NCBI GenBank assembly: GCA_013265495.1
Contig: MU058016.1
Span: 186,001 to 229,983, forward strand
From: Vicugna vicugna
Taxonomy: Eukaryota
Length of the DNA: 43,983 bases
Reading direction: 5' to 3'
This document shows, piece by piece, positions 13,171 through 24,345 of this stretch (the stretch's first letter is position 1; each line of letters opens with the position of its first letter). The position numbers and the translations under genes are program-made. The notes below the pieces were generated by a model that worked only from the letters and a program-made list of their open reading frames with translations, did no database searches and had not been told where the DNA came from.

Positions 13171-13200
13171 TTTACCAACATGAAGCAAAACAACATCTAC

Positions 13201-13557
13201 TGCCCTGGTCTGAATGTCTGTGTCCCCACCAAAATTCATATGTGAAATCCTAATGCCCAATGTGATGGCATTAGGAGGTGGGGCTTTGGAGAGGTACTTG
13301 GGTCATGAGAGTGGAGTCTTCATGAATGGGATTAATGCCCTCATAAAGAGATCTCACAGAGCTTCCTGGCCCCGCCTACTCTGTGAAGACACCGCAAGAA
13401 GTCTGCAACCCAGAGGAGGGCTCTTCCTGGAATCCAACCAGGCTGGCACCCTGATCATGGACTTCCAGCCTCTAGAACTGTGAGAAATAAATCTCTGTTG
13501 TTTATAAGCTGCCCTGTTTGTGGTATTTGGTTACAGTGGCCCAAATGGAGTAGAACA
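13201..13557 (+). mobile_element. MaLR solo LTR, MLT1A-like
   Basis: TG...CA ends, near-TSD TCTAC/CCTAC, 357 bp; tgaatgtctgtgtcccc...ggacttccagcctctagaactgtgagaaataaa. Confidence 0.9.
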
Positions 13558-14706
13558 CCTACATGCATGCAAAAATGAACAAGCAAACTGAAATAGAACA
13601 AAACAAAACCTCTAGCTAGTGTTTTTGACACTTTTGTTATCTTCAATTAAAGTTATATTTGCTCTTGAGTTGTCTCAATCTGCAGTTTACATGTGGGCAA
13701 GATTCTGAACATAGTCTCTGAAATTTCTATAATTCATTTGCTATAAAAATCCTTCTGTTTCTCCAAAAATTCATAATCATAAATTTAACATGATTCAGGC
13801 TTTGGTCAAATATAACAACCAAACCTAATGTTTCCCCAAATCACAAATTTGTTTCTGTTTTCCAAAGTCCTATATTCTCAACACTTTTCTCAGTAAACAT
13901 AAATTACTTTTTATATGACTTAACTTTATACTGGAATTTGTTTGCATATCAAGCAAGATATAATTTTTTCCTTACACATGCAAAATTTTTTCATTTTTAT
14001 AAATGATAAGTGCCAAAGTTGGGGACCACCAACCTGGTGGTATAGGACTGTCAGCTTCATTTCAGAACACCAAGATATAATGAAGACATGACTAAGGATA
14101 CTCAGGGCAAAATCTGAATAGCCATCAATCTCTCTTGTGCTCTAAAAACTCTAGAATAAGCCTTTCCCACTCATTCCATGTGTGTCAAAGAGTTTGATTC
14201 AGATTTGCTTGTGTTATATTAGCTTCACTGTGGTTCTGATTCAAACTGTAAATGTCCTTGCCTGATGCCACATGAAGGTTCCCTTTTCCTAAACTTAGCA
14301 CCAGTTCTGAAATGGGTTTTTATGAAAAGCTTTTACATCAATGATGGCCATAGCCATAACAGCAGAGTAAATATGTTTTGTTTGGCTCATATAGTGTTTA
14401 TAAAAGAATTTGAATAAGATGTCAATATTTTAAAATTGAGAAATTTAACATTAAGTCTGGATTTCTGGCTTCTGTTGAAACACTGTTGAACCATCATTCC
14501 CACCTGGGAACAACCAGCCGGAATCCCACCATCACTGCCCCCCTCAGCTAAAGCAGGGCTGGTTCTCTCCAACACAGGACCCTCTCACTCAAATACATCA
14601 TCAGCCTAACTAGGAAATGCACTCAATTCATAACTTCTGCTATAAATGATATTTTCTTATCACATATGATGGGAGCTTAATGGGAATTTTAACTCAAAAC
14701 TTGCAG

Positions 14707-14825
14707 ATGTTAGAAGACCAAATAAGAGTTCGAGACCAGGTGGCCACAGGAACTAATTTTGCAGTACAGGACCTAAACACCAAACATCTTCAAGGAGTTG
14801 GAGATCTTCGAGGAAGAGTTGCCAG
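14707..14825 (+). CDS. FAM81B: FAM81B coding exon
   Basis: ttgcAG|ATG...GCCAG|GTGAGA. 119 nt, phase 0 in, 2 nt over. Reads MLEDQIRVRDQVATGTNFAVQDLNTKHLQGVGDLRGRVA(R), containing the FAM81-type GVGDLRGRVARCD motif. Confidence 0.95.
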
Positions 14826-15504
14826 GTGAGAAGTGTATTAACTAATGTCCAGCAATCAGTTGTTGGCCCCTGAATTCTCATTCCTAAATTAGTCACATAA
14901 TGTGGAAAACAAGATATCGTCTTTAAGCTAAATGATGAGATGGTATCTGAGAAAGTGTATCCTGGAATTTGAAAGCCTCATGCTACCTGTGAGATCCAAG
15001 TGTTCTATAGACCTTCCAGAACTTCCAGTGTGGTTCCATCTGCAAGTGACAAGAGTCTTGTCTTCACAGCCCTCAACTGTCCAAATGCCAACATGCCCAT
15101 ATAACCACATACAAAATCCCCAGATGTGTCAAATTCTAACGACTGAAACATTTACGATATACAAGATTCCATATAAATGCCTAACAAAAGGGATTTAATT
15201 GCCAAATGAATAAAATTTTGAGAAACATCTTTTGTATAAGATTTCTATATCAAAAGAACGATATACAGTTCAGCAAAAACCTGTAGGTATTGACAATGGC
15301 AGGACCACTCTTACAGACATCTCAGAGATGACTTGTAAATGACTGACCATGGATGCCCTTCCATCTCAACATCTTCTGCCAGCATCTCTTTCCTCTCTCC
15401 TAAAATACCCCCACTTTCATCTAGTTAATCTGCTCTGAAGTGTTCACGACCAAATAACTATTGGGTGATTAACACCTAAGAGAAACTTCTCCTGGGATAT
15501 CCAT

Positions 15505-16210
15505 GTATTCAGTTCAACAAAAAATGCATCGAGTACTTACCATATGCCAGGCAGTGCACTAGGATTCAGGGATCCAGCAACATGGTCTCTTTCCAATAGC
15601 TACTCACAGTGTACCTAGGAGAATATAAGCAACGAGGTGAGCACTTAATGAGAGCCTGGGGTGCTCTGGAAAATATCAAAATTGGGGCGTAAGAATGACT
15701 TCCTGGAAGAGGTGACACTTCAGATGAGTTTTCAAAGATTTGTAGCAATTGGCTAGACAACAAAGGGTAGGAAGGACACTTCACATGGGAGGAATGATAT
15801 GTGCAAAAGAACTGAGGGTTAAATTACTGTGACATGTTCAGGACCTCCCTGTGAGAGGAGTATGTTTATGGCATTTTGGGTTTGCATTTAGGAGAGATGA
15901 GAGATTGGAAGATGAAGCTAGAAAAATGGGCCAGAGTTGGATGATGAGGGATCTTTGGCCAAAGTAAAAAGTTTGAACGTTTTGTAGAAGGTTATAAATA
16001 GCCAGGGAAGATTTTAAGTAAGGGGACAACATTTAGTGACATTCTAATAGTAGCTGAATTGGTGGGGTACAGAAAGAAGGCATGGAGATGAAAGGAAGCC
16101 TATTGCAGTCATCGAAGTGAGAAGTGTCAGGGGCCAAAACTAAAGCACTAGCCATGCAAGTCTACAGCACGTAAGAGACATTAGGAAAACAGAATCTACA
16201 GGATTAGTAT
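15505..16210 (-). mobile_element. L2 LINE 3' fragment
   Basis: ttcaacaaaaaatgcatcgagtacttaccatatgccaggcagtgc...; purine-rich L2 body. Confidence 0.75.
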
Positions 16211-16699
16211 CTGTGTGTGTGCACACAGATATATATACACACACATACATGCTCATATGTATAATTATTTATATTAAGTATAAACATATTTTATACTTCT
16301 AAAGTACATAAAATTATATACATTATATAAGATTTGATATCTAGAAAAGAATTTTTACAATATTTGGTTATGTTATGAAGCAAGATAATAAAACACCAGC
16401 AAACCCACCACCCTACTCAGCTGTGCCATGATTTTAGAAAGACAGACACCAAAAATCTCTTTTGAATGAAACTTGGAATTTGGTTTAATTTGGTAGCGTG
16501 CTTATGACACTTCAACCATTTATTTTTCTGCAAACCACTTATGAATCTATTATTTTATGCTTGTAAATTCTGTCTTCCAAAGGAGACAAAATCACAAACA
16601 GATTTAAATGAAGCCAAGAGATGAATGGAATCATATCTAGGAAAAGATGTACAACTCTTTCTTCCCTGCTTCTATTTGTTTCTACTCTTTTTTTGTCTC

Positions 16700-17672
16700 C
16701 TTTTTAAAATTTTTGAATATATTTAAGGTATGCAATCTGATGATTTGATATACATATACATACTAAAATGCTTACTATAGTCAAGCTAATTAACACATCT
16801 CCTCACATAGTTACCTTTTTGTGTGTGATGAGAGCACGTGAAATCTGCTCTCTTAGCATATTTTCATTTTTCAGCGCAGCATCACTCACTGCAGTCATCA
16901 CACCATGCATCAGGTCTCTAGACTTACATAGCCCACATAACTGACACTCTGTACACTTTGACCAGTATCTCTCCATCTCCCCCACCTTCTCACTCTTGAT
17001 AACCATTGTTCTACTCTCTCCTTTTATGTATTCAACTCTTTTAGATTCCACATATAAATGGGCTCATGTGGTTTTTTTTTTCCTGTGTCTAGCTTATTTC
17101 ACTTACCATAATGTCCTCCAGGTTTATACATGTTGTCATAAATGGCAACATCTCCTTTTTGAGGCTGAACATTTCCAAGAGACAGAGTGTGTGTGTGCAT
17201 GTGTGTGTATCACAATTTCTTTACCCTTTCATCCATCAAAGACACTTAGATTATTTCCATATCTTGGTTATTGTGAATATTGCTGCAATGAACATGGGAG
17301 TACATATTTCTTCCAAGTATTCATTTCATTTCCTTCAGATACATATCCAGAAAAGAGATTTCTGGATGATATGACAGTTCTATTTTTAATTTTTTAAAGA
17401 AGCTTCATACTATTTTCTATAATGGCTGTACCAATTTACATTCCTGTTAACAATGTAGAAGGGTTCCCTTTTCTCCACATCCTCACCAATACTTATCTTT
17501 TTTGTTGTTGTTGATAATACTCATCTTAACAGGTATGAGGTGATATCTCATGGTTTTGATTTCCATTTCCCTGATGGTTAGTAACTTAGAGCACATTTTC
17601 ATGTACCTGTTGGCTGTTTATATGTCATCTTTGGACAAATGTTTATTTAGGTTTTTTGCCCATTTGTTAATC
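16700..17672 (-). mobile_element. L1 (L1MA9-like) 3' ~1 kb: degenerate ORF2 C-terminus plus 3' UTR
   Basis: The reverse strand reads AAATGGGCAAAAAACCTAAATAAACATTTGTCCAAAGATGACATA..., a degenerate KWAKDLNRHFSKEDI of L1 ORF2, followed by typical 3' UTR and a T-rich (poly-A) end near 16700. Confidence 0.9.
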
Positions 17673-18060
17673 ACGTGACCATTCAAAACCCCCTCTTTGT
17701 TTTCTGTGGTGAGTGACTCACACATGACCCGTCAGCTCTCAGAGCTAGATGATTTGGGAGACAGTCTCTCAAAGGGCAGCTAGATGTGTGGTCCACACCC
17801 TTTGCTCCTTAGGGAGAATCTGGGATTTGGGGGTTCCCTCCCAATCATAAGGTGAGGTACCAGGGATGGGGTTTACGGCATGTGTGCTTCTCAGATTTTT
17901 CTACCCATTTTGATGTGAGTGTTTTCTTTGTTGCCCAATGTGTAGGAGTGTCTAAACTAGTTTCTGGATTTTTCCCAGAGGAACTTGATCCACACTTTGC
18001 TGTTTGTTTGATGTCTGAGGGAGGAGGGAATATCAAAAGCCCCCATCCCCTCACCTTGCT
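17673..18060 (-). mobile_element. L1 5' UTR extremity (L1MA9/L1M3-type)
   Basis: The reverse strand reads CAAGGTGAG...CCTCCTCCCTCAGAC...GAAAAATCCAGAAACTAGTTTAGACACTCCTACACATTGGGCAAC...CACATCAAAATGGGTAG, like the recalled eutherian L1 5' end. Confidence 0.7.
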
Positions 18061-18565
18061 TTCTGATCACGTACTTACTTCCCCTTTAGTATGAAGCAGT
18101 GACTTTAGGACAAGGCCTTATTTTTCCCTGAAATGTCCCTTTTATGAAAATGTCTTTAATCCATGTGGTGAGACAATTTGGCTACAAGTCATGAGACTTA
18201 CAGTCACCCTTTTCCCCTTTCTGTTTTCTGTATTTTTGCAGGCAAGTGACCAATGGACTAGCTGAGGCAGATTAAATACTGCCTTCCCACATATGTTGAC
18301 CTTAATTCCAATTAATATTTTGGCATAAGTGAAACTAAGTTGATTATTTTAACGAAATTCCTGGCAAACCTTTTACTGCTTCATGAATCAAACTCAATAT
18401 TTGATAACAATGGGCTTTGAATTTTACACCTTAATTCCCACCCCAGTATAATGGCAGTTCAGAAGCAAGTACTTCCAAAGAGATGAGTTTCTGAGTTGTC
18501 TGGCCTGCATTTGACATTGTCTCTATTCAATAGATTAGTCTCATGTGCAAAAAAGAAAAAGGCAA

Positions 18566-18872
18566 TTACGTCAAGAGCAGCCACACAGATGTCTACAACT
18601 TACAGTCTGTAGCAACAGCCAGCAGAGGCCAACCCCCTACCCACGTTTGGCTATTTGGGCCCCCAAGGCATATCTGCATATGAAAAAAACAGAAACAATA
18701 AAATCACTTCAAAGGAGACAAAGAGAAACTTCCTTTTGAAATACAGAGTGCAGCTTTGAAAAACCACTAATTCTTGACGTCAGCGTGTGGGGTTAGGCTG
18801 GTTGGGTGCAGGGGGTGGGAGGTGGGAGGGTTGGAAATGAATGGATGGTGACTCAAGGTGAGGAAGTAAATA
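18566..18872. promoter_or_regulatory. Candidate intronic enhancer: CRE/AP-1/ETS/forkhead motif cluster with G4 motif
   Basis: TTACGTCA 18566-18573, TGACGTCA 18775-18782, G-tracts 18804-18830, TGACTCA 18849-18855, AGGAAGT 18861-18867, GTAAATA 18866-18872, all in apparently non-repeat DNA. Confidence 0.35.
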
Positions 18873-19084
18873 CTAGCTGCTGATCCTGGGTGGGTGCTTC
18901 CTCTGTGCCAGGTACTGGCTGAACGCTGAGCATTCACCGCCTTTTATCCTTAAATAAACCTGGGCAGGACCACTCTTCACTCAAGCACACGGCACTCCAG
19001 GAGACACTGTTCACATTGTCCCCCGTGTGTCTGCCGGCCCCTGGGTTGTGTGGGGGACAAATTGTGCAGCTATATGTAGTGATC

Positions 19085-19240
19085 TCAGCATCATTACCCC
19101 CTTTTCTCAGATAAGGAAAACTGAAACTTACAGATGATAAGAAAATTGTCCCAGATCACAAACCTAGGAAGCAATAGAAGCCGGATTGAAAGCCTAGTCT
19201 ATCTGACACCAGAGACCAAATCTCAACCACTAATCTACAA
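19085..19240 (-). mobile_element. MIR SINE
   Basis: ttttctcagataaggaaaactgaaact...tgtcccagatcaca...ggattgaaagcctagtctatctgacaccagag. Confidence 0.8.
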
Positions 19241-20584
19241 TGCATACACCAGCCGTCACCTGTCCCTGAGAAGGGGAACAGGTGGGGCTCAGTGAGAGAG
19301 GGCAGGGGGTGGGGGTAGCAGCAATTACTCTCGGGTAGTTTTTGGGTGTCTTAATGTGGACTCACATAAGAACACTCTAACCAACAATATTCTCCTGACA
19401 ATAACAGTTTATACATACAAATTGTTTTGCCCATGACTTTGGTGCTCCTATTTTTTGTCAGATTAATTCTCTCTTTTTTCTCCCAGCAGTCTCCCCATAA
19501 CCAGTTCACCTGCTATCCCTTCAGAAGATTTCTCAGGCAAAATTACCATCCTCAACTCACCTTCGGCTCAATTTTGGCATCAAAAATCTTAAGAAAAAGA
19601 AATTCATTTCTGGATCCTAAAAAATGTTGACAGTCATAAAACAACTTACAGCACTTATCATGACAACATGAAAATGTAGTTCCTAACACACAGTATTTGA
19701 TGACAGTCAAAACAATTATTTTATAAAATAATTAACTTCAAAGTGACCTCTGATCAATCATATACAAAAGACACAACATTACAGTGCTCTCCGTCCTATC
19801 TTTCAAGCATACATGAGTGTATTGAAACTGATAACACACTATGCAACGTGCTCTCTCCCAAAGGAGTTCCTGAGTGGCGGTAGTTAGTGGGTTTCCCTGA
19901 CATGCTGGAAAAGTGGTAAATCTTAACTCCAACCCCATTTCACTGGAGTTCCTTCCCCCTAAAATACCAAATGCAACCTCATGGGCGAAACTTCATACAT
20001 GTTACTGTGGATTGTTTCCATCCTAAGAACACTCAACTGAGACCACTCTAAGAGCAAGTTTTGATTGGAGTTAAGAGAAAGGGCATTGTCTTTTCAGATG
20101 GGTGGGAAGACTCTGTTGGGCTGGGATACTTTTTCTAGCCAGAGGAGAACTGACAGTCTGGGAGGCAAGGAAAGAGGCTAAAGGGAGTTAAGTGGATTCA
20201 GAACACAATACAGAATTGGAAAAAGTTTCAGTTTTTAGGTGGGAAGGAGTACTCTCAAAATATCAAAATCTGCTGGAACTCCTATGACAGAGTTAATCTA
20301 TCAGGCTGAAAATCTAAAATCTTAACCAGTTTCCTCCAATGTCTTCATCTGCTTCAACCCAGTGCTTTAATTTGGGCCAGTGCATCATTTTCCAACCTGG
20401 TTTCTCTCCCACCAGGAAAAAAAGAGGAAAATGAAGGCAACTCCTGTATATGCTCCTTCCTCTACCAACTCATTTTTTGAAGAACTTTAGGGCTTTGCCA
20501 TCAAATGAATACACTGATTCTACTGTAGTAGCAAAAATGTTATAAGCCTATCAGTCTGACAGCCAATTCTCATCTTGCCACTAG

Positions 20585-20714
20585 ATGTGATTCCAGCATC
20601 ATAAAGCTTTCTGGAGACATTCACTTCATCAGGCATGAGCATCGGCAACTCGAAAAAAGAATTCAAGAGCTCATGTCTGCCCTAGAAACTGTTTCTAAGA
20701 ACTTGGATATGAAG
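20585..20714 (+). CDS. FAM81B: FAM81B coding exon
   Basis: cactAG|ATGTGAT...ATGAAG|GTAACT. 130 nt (1 + 43 codons). Reads CDSSIIKLSGDIHFIRHEHRQLEKRIQELMSALETVSKNLDMK, in phase with the previous exon. Confidence 0.95.
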
Positions 20715-23373
20715 GTAACTGAAAATATTTGGAACGCTTACATTATGCATTACTGCCAAGAAGTAAGATCACTATAACTTGCCAAAACACCTAGTCAAGT
20801 GGTAATTGTTCAGAAGAACTCTGTTCTTCCAAACGATTTAAATACAGCTCACACATATACACTATGAGTACTGCCAGGTCAATCAACAAATATTTAATAG
20901 CGCCTTCTATGTTCCAGCCCAGCCACCCAGAACAAGCATATGCTGCTCAGTTCTCCTAGTGCCATTATTCCCTTACTCTCTGGGTTCTCCTCAAAGGGTG
21001 TATAACTAGAGATTATAAACCAAGGAATGCCCTGTGGAAGCTATTACTGTTGAAGTTTCAGCATAAATGTGAGTTGCTCATGTTACATCCCTGCAATGGG
21101 TTACATCTCTTACAAAATAATAGACAAGTCCATGGTCCTGGGTTTTAAAGGCCATCTCCACACTGGCCCCTGCTTATCTCTGCAGCTCACCCTGTGCTTC
21201 CTGGCTCACCTTTTATAACCAGTGACACTGAACTACCTGCAGGTAGGTCCTCTCACTCTAAAATACTGCACGGCCTCCATGTGGTTTGTGCTCTTTTCTG
21301 CCTGAAATGTGCCTCCCCCTTTTCATCTCCCCAGTTAATGGTTTAACTAAAGGAGCCAATGCAAACCTCTTCTGTGCCCCCTTTGTCATGTACCTTATGT
21401 GAGACAAGCACATCTCCTCTGAAGTCATTTGGGCAAAACAAAGTGGAAATCCTTCCGGAATCGGGGGAGATGAATACTTGGTGTTTGACTCTTTGTTCCT
21501 GGGAGACAGCTTATCAAGAGGAGAAGGCTCAGAAGGGCACACAGGTCACTGCAGTCCCATCAGGCTCCCCTAGTTGCCCCCCTACAAACCCATCTAATTA
21601 GTCCTAATAGTTTTTCGCTTGATTCTCTCAGTTTTTCAAGGTACTCAAAACATATCAACAATAAATTGTAACAACTATAGCTCTGGTTTTCTGATGTAAA
21701 ATTTCATAATTTTTTCTTAAAAGCCTTGACCGGAAATTCCAGAATACTGTTACATAAAAGTATTCATAGAAGGCAGCTTTTCCAATTTCTGATTACACTA
21801 GAAATGACTTTGTTTTTTGCTGTTGGCCATTAGTTGATGTATTTTTAATTATATTGAGGAAGTATCCATCAATTCCTACTTTACTTAGTTTTTATTAGAA
21901 CTGAACATATAATTTTATAAAATGCCTTTTAGATATTAACAAATGTCACCATATTAGTTGCTTTTTGGTTTGGTTTTTTGTTTGTTAGCTTGTTTAATTC
22001 TTTGGCCTTCTAATGTACTGTATCAGTGCATTTCCCAATACTGACACATTCTGGCATTTCTTAACGAAAGCACTACAGTCTTTGTGTAATACTTCAGCAT
22101 TTTATTTTGCATCTAAGTTCAAAGGTGATATTAGACTATAGTTTCTCTCTTCTTAAGTTTTTTTTAAGGTAATTCATACATATGGTTCAAAATCAAAACT
22201 CTACAAGAAAATATACCCTGGGAATTTTCACTCCCACTTCTGTCATCAATTATCACATCTTTTCATTACAAGTAACCATTTTTATTAGTTTGTTGTGACT
22301 CCTTTCAGTATGCCTTTACAAAGACACAAGCAAATACAAACACATGGTCTCATTTCCTCCTTTTTTGCACAAAAGATAACATACTATATGTCTATTACTA
22401 GGCATCTGTTTTTGGTTTTTTTTTTAACAAAATAAATATATTCAAGAGATTCATTATATCAGTACCTGGAGAGCTCCCTCATTCTTTTTCACAACTGTAT
22501 ACTCTTCCTCTGTGTATAAAAGCTCATTTAACCAATCTCTCATAGATGGACGTTTGGGTTCTTTTCAACATTTTGCTCTTTTGAACAATATTGCAATGTA
22601 TAACTTTGTACTTGTCTCATTTTGTGTGTCTGTAGGTATGTCTGTAGGATACCCAGAAGTGGGATTGCTGGGTTGAAGGCTCCCGTGTTTGTTACTTGGA
22701 AAGATCTTGCTCTCTATAGGGCTTTTACCAAATTGCACACCCACCAGCAATATGTAAACTGTCCTATATCCCCACTGACTCACCAGTGAGCGTTGTTTGA
22801 CCTTTAAATTTTGCCTTAAAAAAAAAGATAGCATCTCTGTGTTTCAATAAGCCTTTTTTGTTATGAGGTTAAACATCTTTTCATATACTTTAGAGCTATT
22901 TTTATTTCCTTTTTAGTGAGCTGTCGGTTCATGTCTTTTTTCCATTGCTCTACTGGGTTATTTTTCTTTCTTTTCAATTTCTAGGAGCTCCTTCTCTGTT
23001 AGGGAGATGAGCCCTTTCTCTGTGATATGAGCTGCAGACATGTTTTCCCGGTTTGTCATTTGCCTTTTGACTTTTGATGTGCATATGTTCTCTATTTGTA
23101 GCTGAATTTATCAGTCTTTTGTGGCTTCTGGAATTTTAAGTGACAGATAGAGCTTCCCCACACAAAGGCTTGAAAGAATTGCCCACATATTCTTCTAGCA
23201 CTTTCATGGCTTTATTGTTTGTATTTAAATTCTTGATCCATTTGGAGTTTTTCTTAGAAAAGAATGTTTCTTACTCATTATTTTACTTATTGAGGACTTG
23301 TAGTATTTTTAATATTTGGTAGGGCTAATCCCTTCCACTGCTTTTTTTTTCCCTTTTCCTGGTGGTAACTGTT

Positions 23374-23496
23374 TGTTTTTGCATATGATTTTATCCCCAT
23401 TTTTTTTTTGAGGGGGAGGTAATGTGTTTTTGCATATGATTTTATCCCCATTTTTTTTTTGCAGGGGGAGGTAATGTGTTTTTGCATATGATTTTA
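23374..23496 (-). repeat. Tandem 51/52-bp duplication: three copies of a 20-bp direct repeat separated by two SINE-tail-like inserts
   Basis: TGTTTTTGCATATGATTTTA at 23374-23393, 23425-23444 and 23477-23496. Both spacers are TCCCCA-T10-G(C)AGGGGGAGGTAATG. Confidence 0.9.
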
Positions 23497-24099
23497 AAAT
23501 CAGCCTTATAGTTCCAACAAATAAACAGACAAGTCTTTCTCCTTTAATGTTTATTGACATCATGTCAAATTTATAAATTAACTTTAGAACTGACATATTC
23601 ATAATGCTGAGTGTTTTACACAAGCGTTTTGCTTCTATATCCTTCAGGAATGGTTTCAAATATACCTCACTTAGGTTTGGCATCATCTTAAATGTATTTT
23701 GAAATTTCTCCATCTTCTTTTAGTTTATTGTAATGGGGATTTCATTATCTCTTCTAAGTAGTTGTTATGTGTATATTGCAAAAGCTGTTATTACCTTTAC
23801 ACTCCACTAACAGTGAGTTCTCTTCTTGACGATAGTAATTTTTCAGTTGGTTTTTCCAGGCACACAATCATATGACTTTTAAATAATAATAATTTTAGCT
23901 CATCTTTTTCCATTTTCATATATGGAATTTCATACACAGAAATTCTCCTTTTTGAATAACAACTCCAGTACAATAACAAACAGTAATGCCGGAATAGTCT
24001 TGTTCTTGACTTTAATAGAAATGTCCCCAGTATTTCTAATCTGTTTGATATTATTCCTATTTTATGGATGTTTTTAAAATCAAGTATGATTATAAAGAT

Positions 24100-24345
24100 A
24101 AGTAAGTCTTGTGGATATAATTACACCATAGTGACTACAATTAACAATACTGTATTGTGCATTTAAAAGTTGTTAAAAGAGTAGATATTCAAAGTTCTCA
24201 TTCCAAGAAAAAAAAATTGTCACTATGTGAGGCAGTGAATGTTAAGTGACTGTGTAATCATTTTACAGTATATACATGTATCAACTCATTATGTTGTACA
24301 ACTAAAGCTAATACGATTTTAGGTGTCAATTATATCTTAATTTTT
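24100..24345 (+). mobile_element. Younger L1MA-like 3' end inserted in the old L1
   Basis: catagtgactacaattaacaatactgtattgt...aaagttctca...cattatgttgtaca...tgtcaattatatcttaa. Confidence 0.8.

Noticed and set aside
16803..18094. Cluster of ORFs (16803..17051, 16996..17397, 17111..17374, 17845..18054, 17852..18094)
   Set aside because: All lie within decayed L1 sequence; L1 ORF2 itself is broken by stops and frameshifts.
23374..23496. CRISPR-like repeat-spacer array, and ORFs 23287..23487 / 23309..23713 with repeated peptide KSYAKTHY
   Set aside because: The spacers are near-identical to each other and contain poly(T), there are no cas genes, and the context is mammalian L1 debris. The peptide repeats just mirror the tandem duplication.
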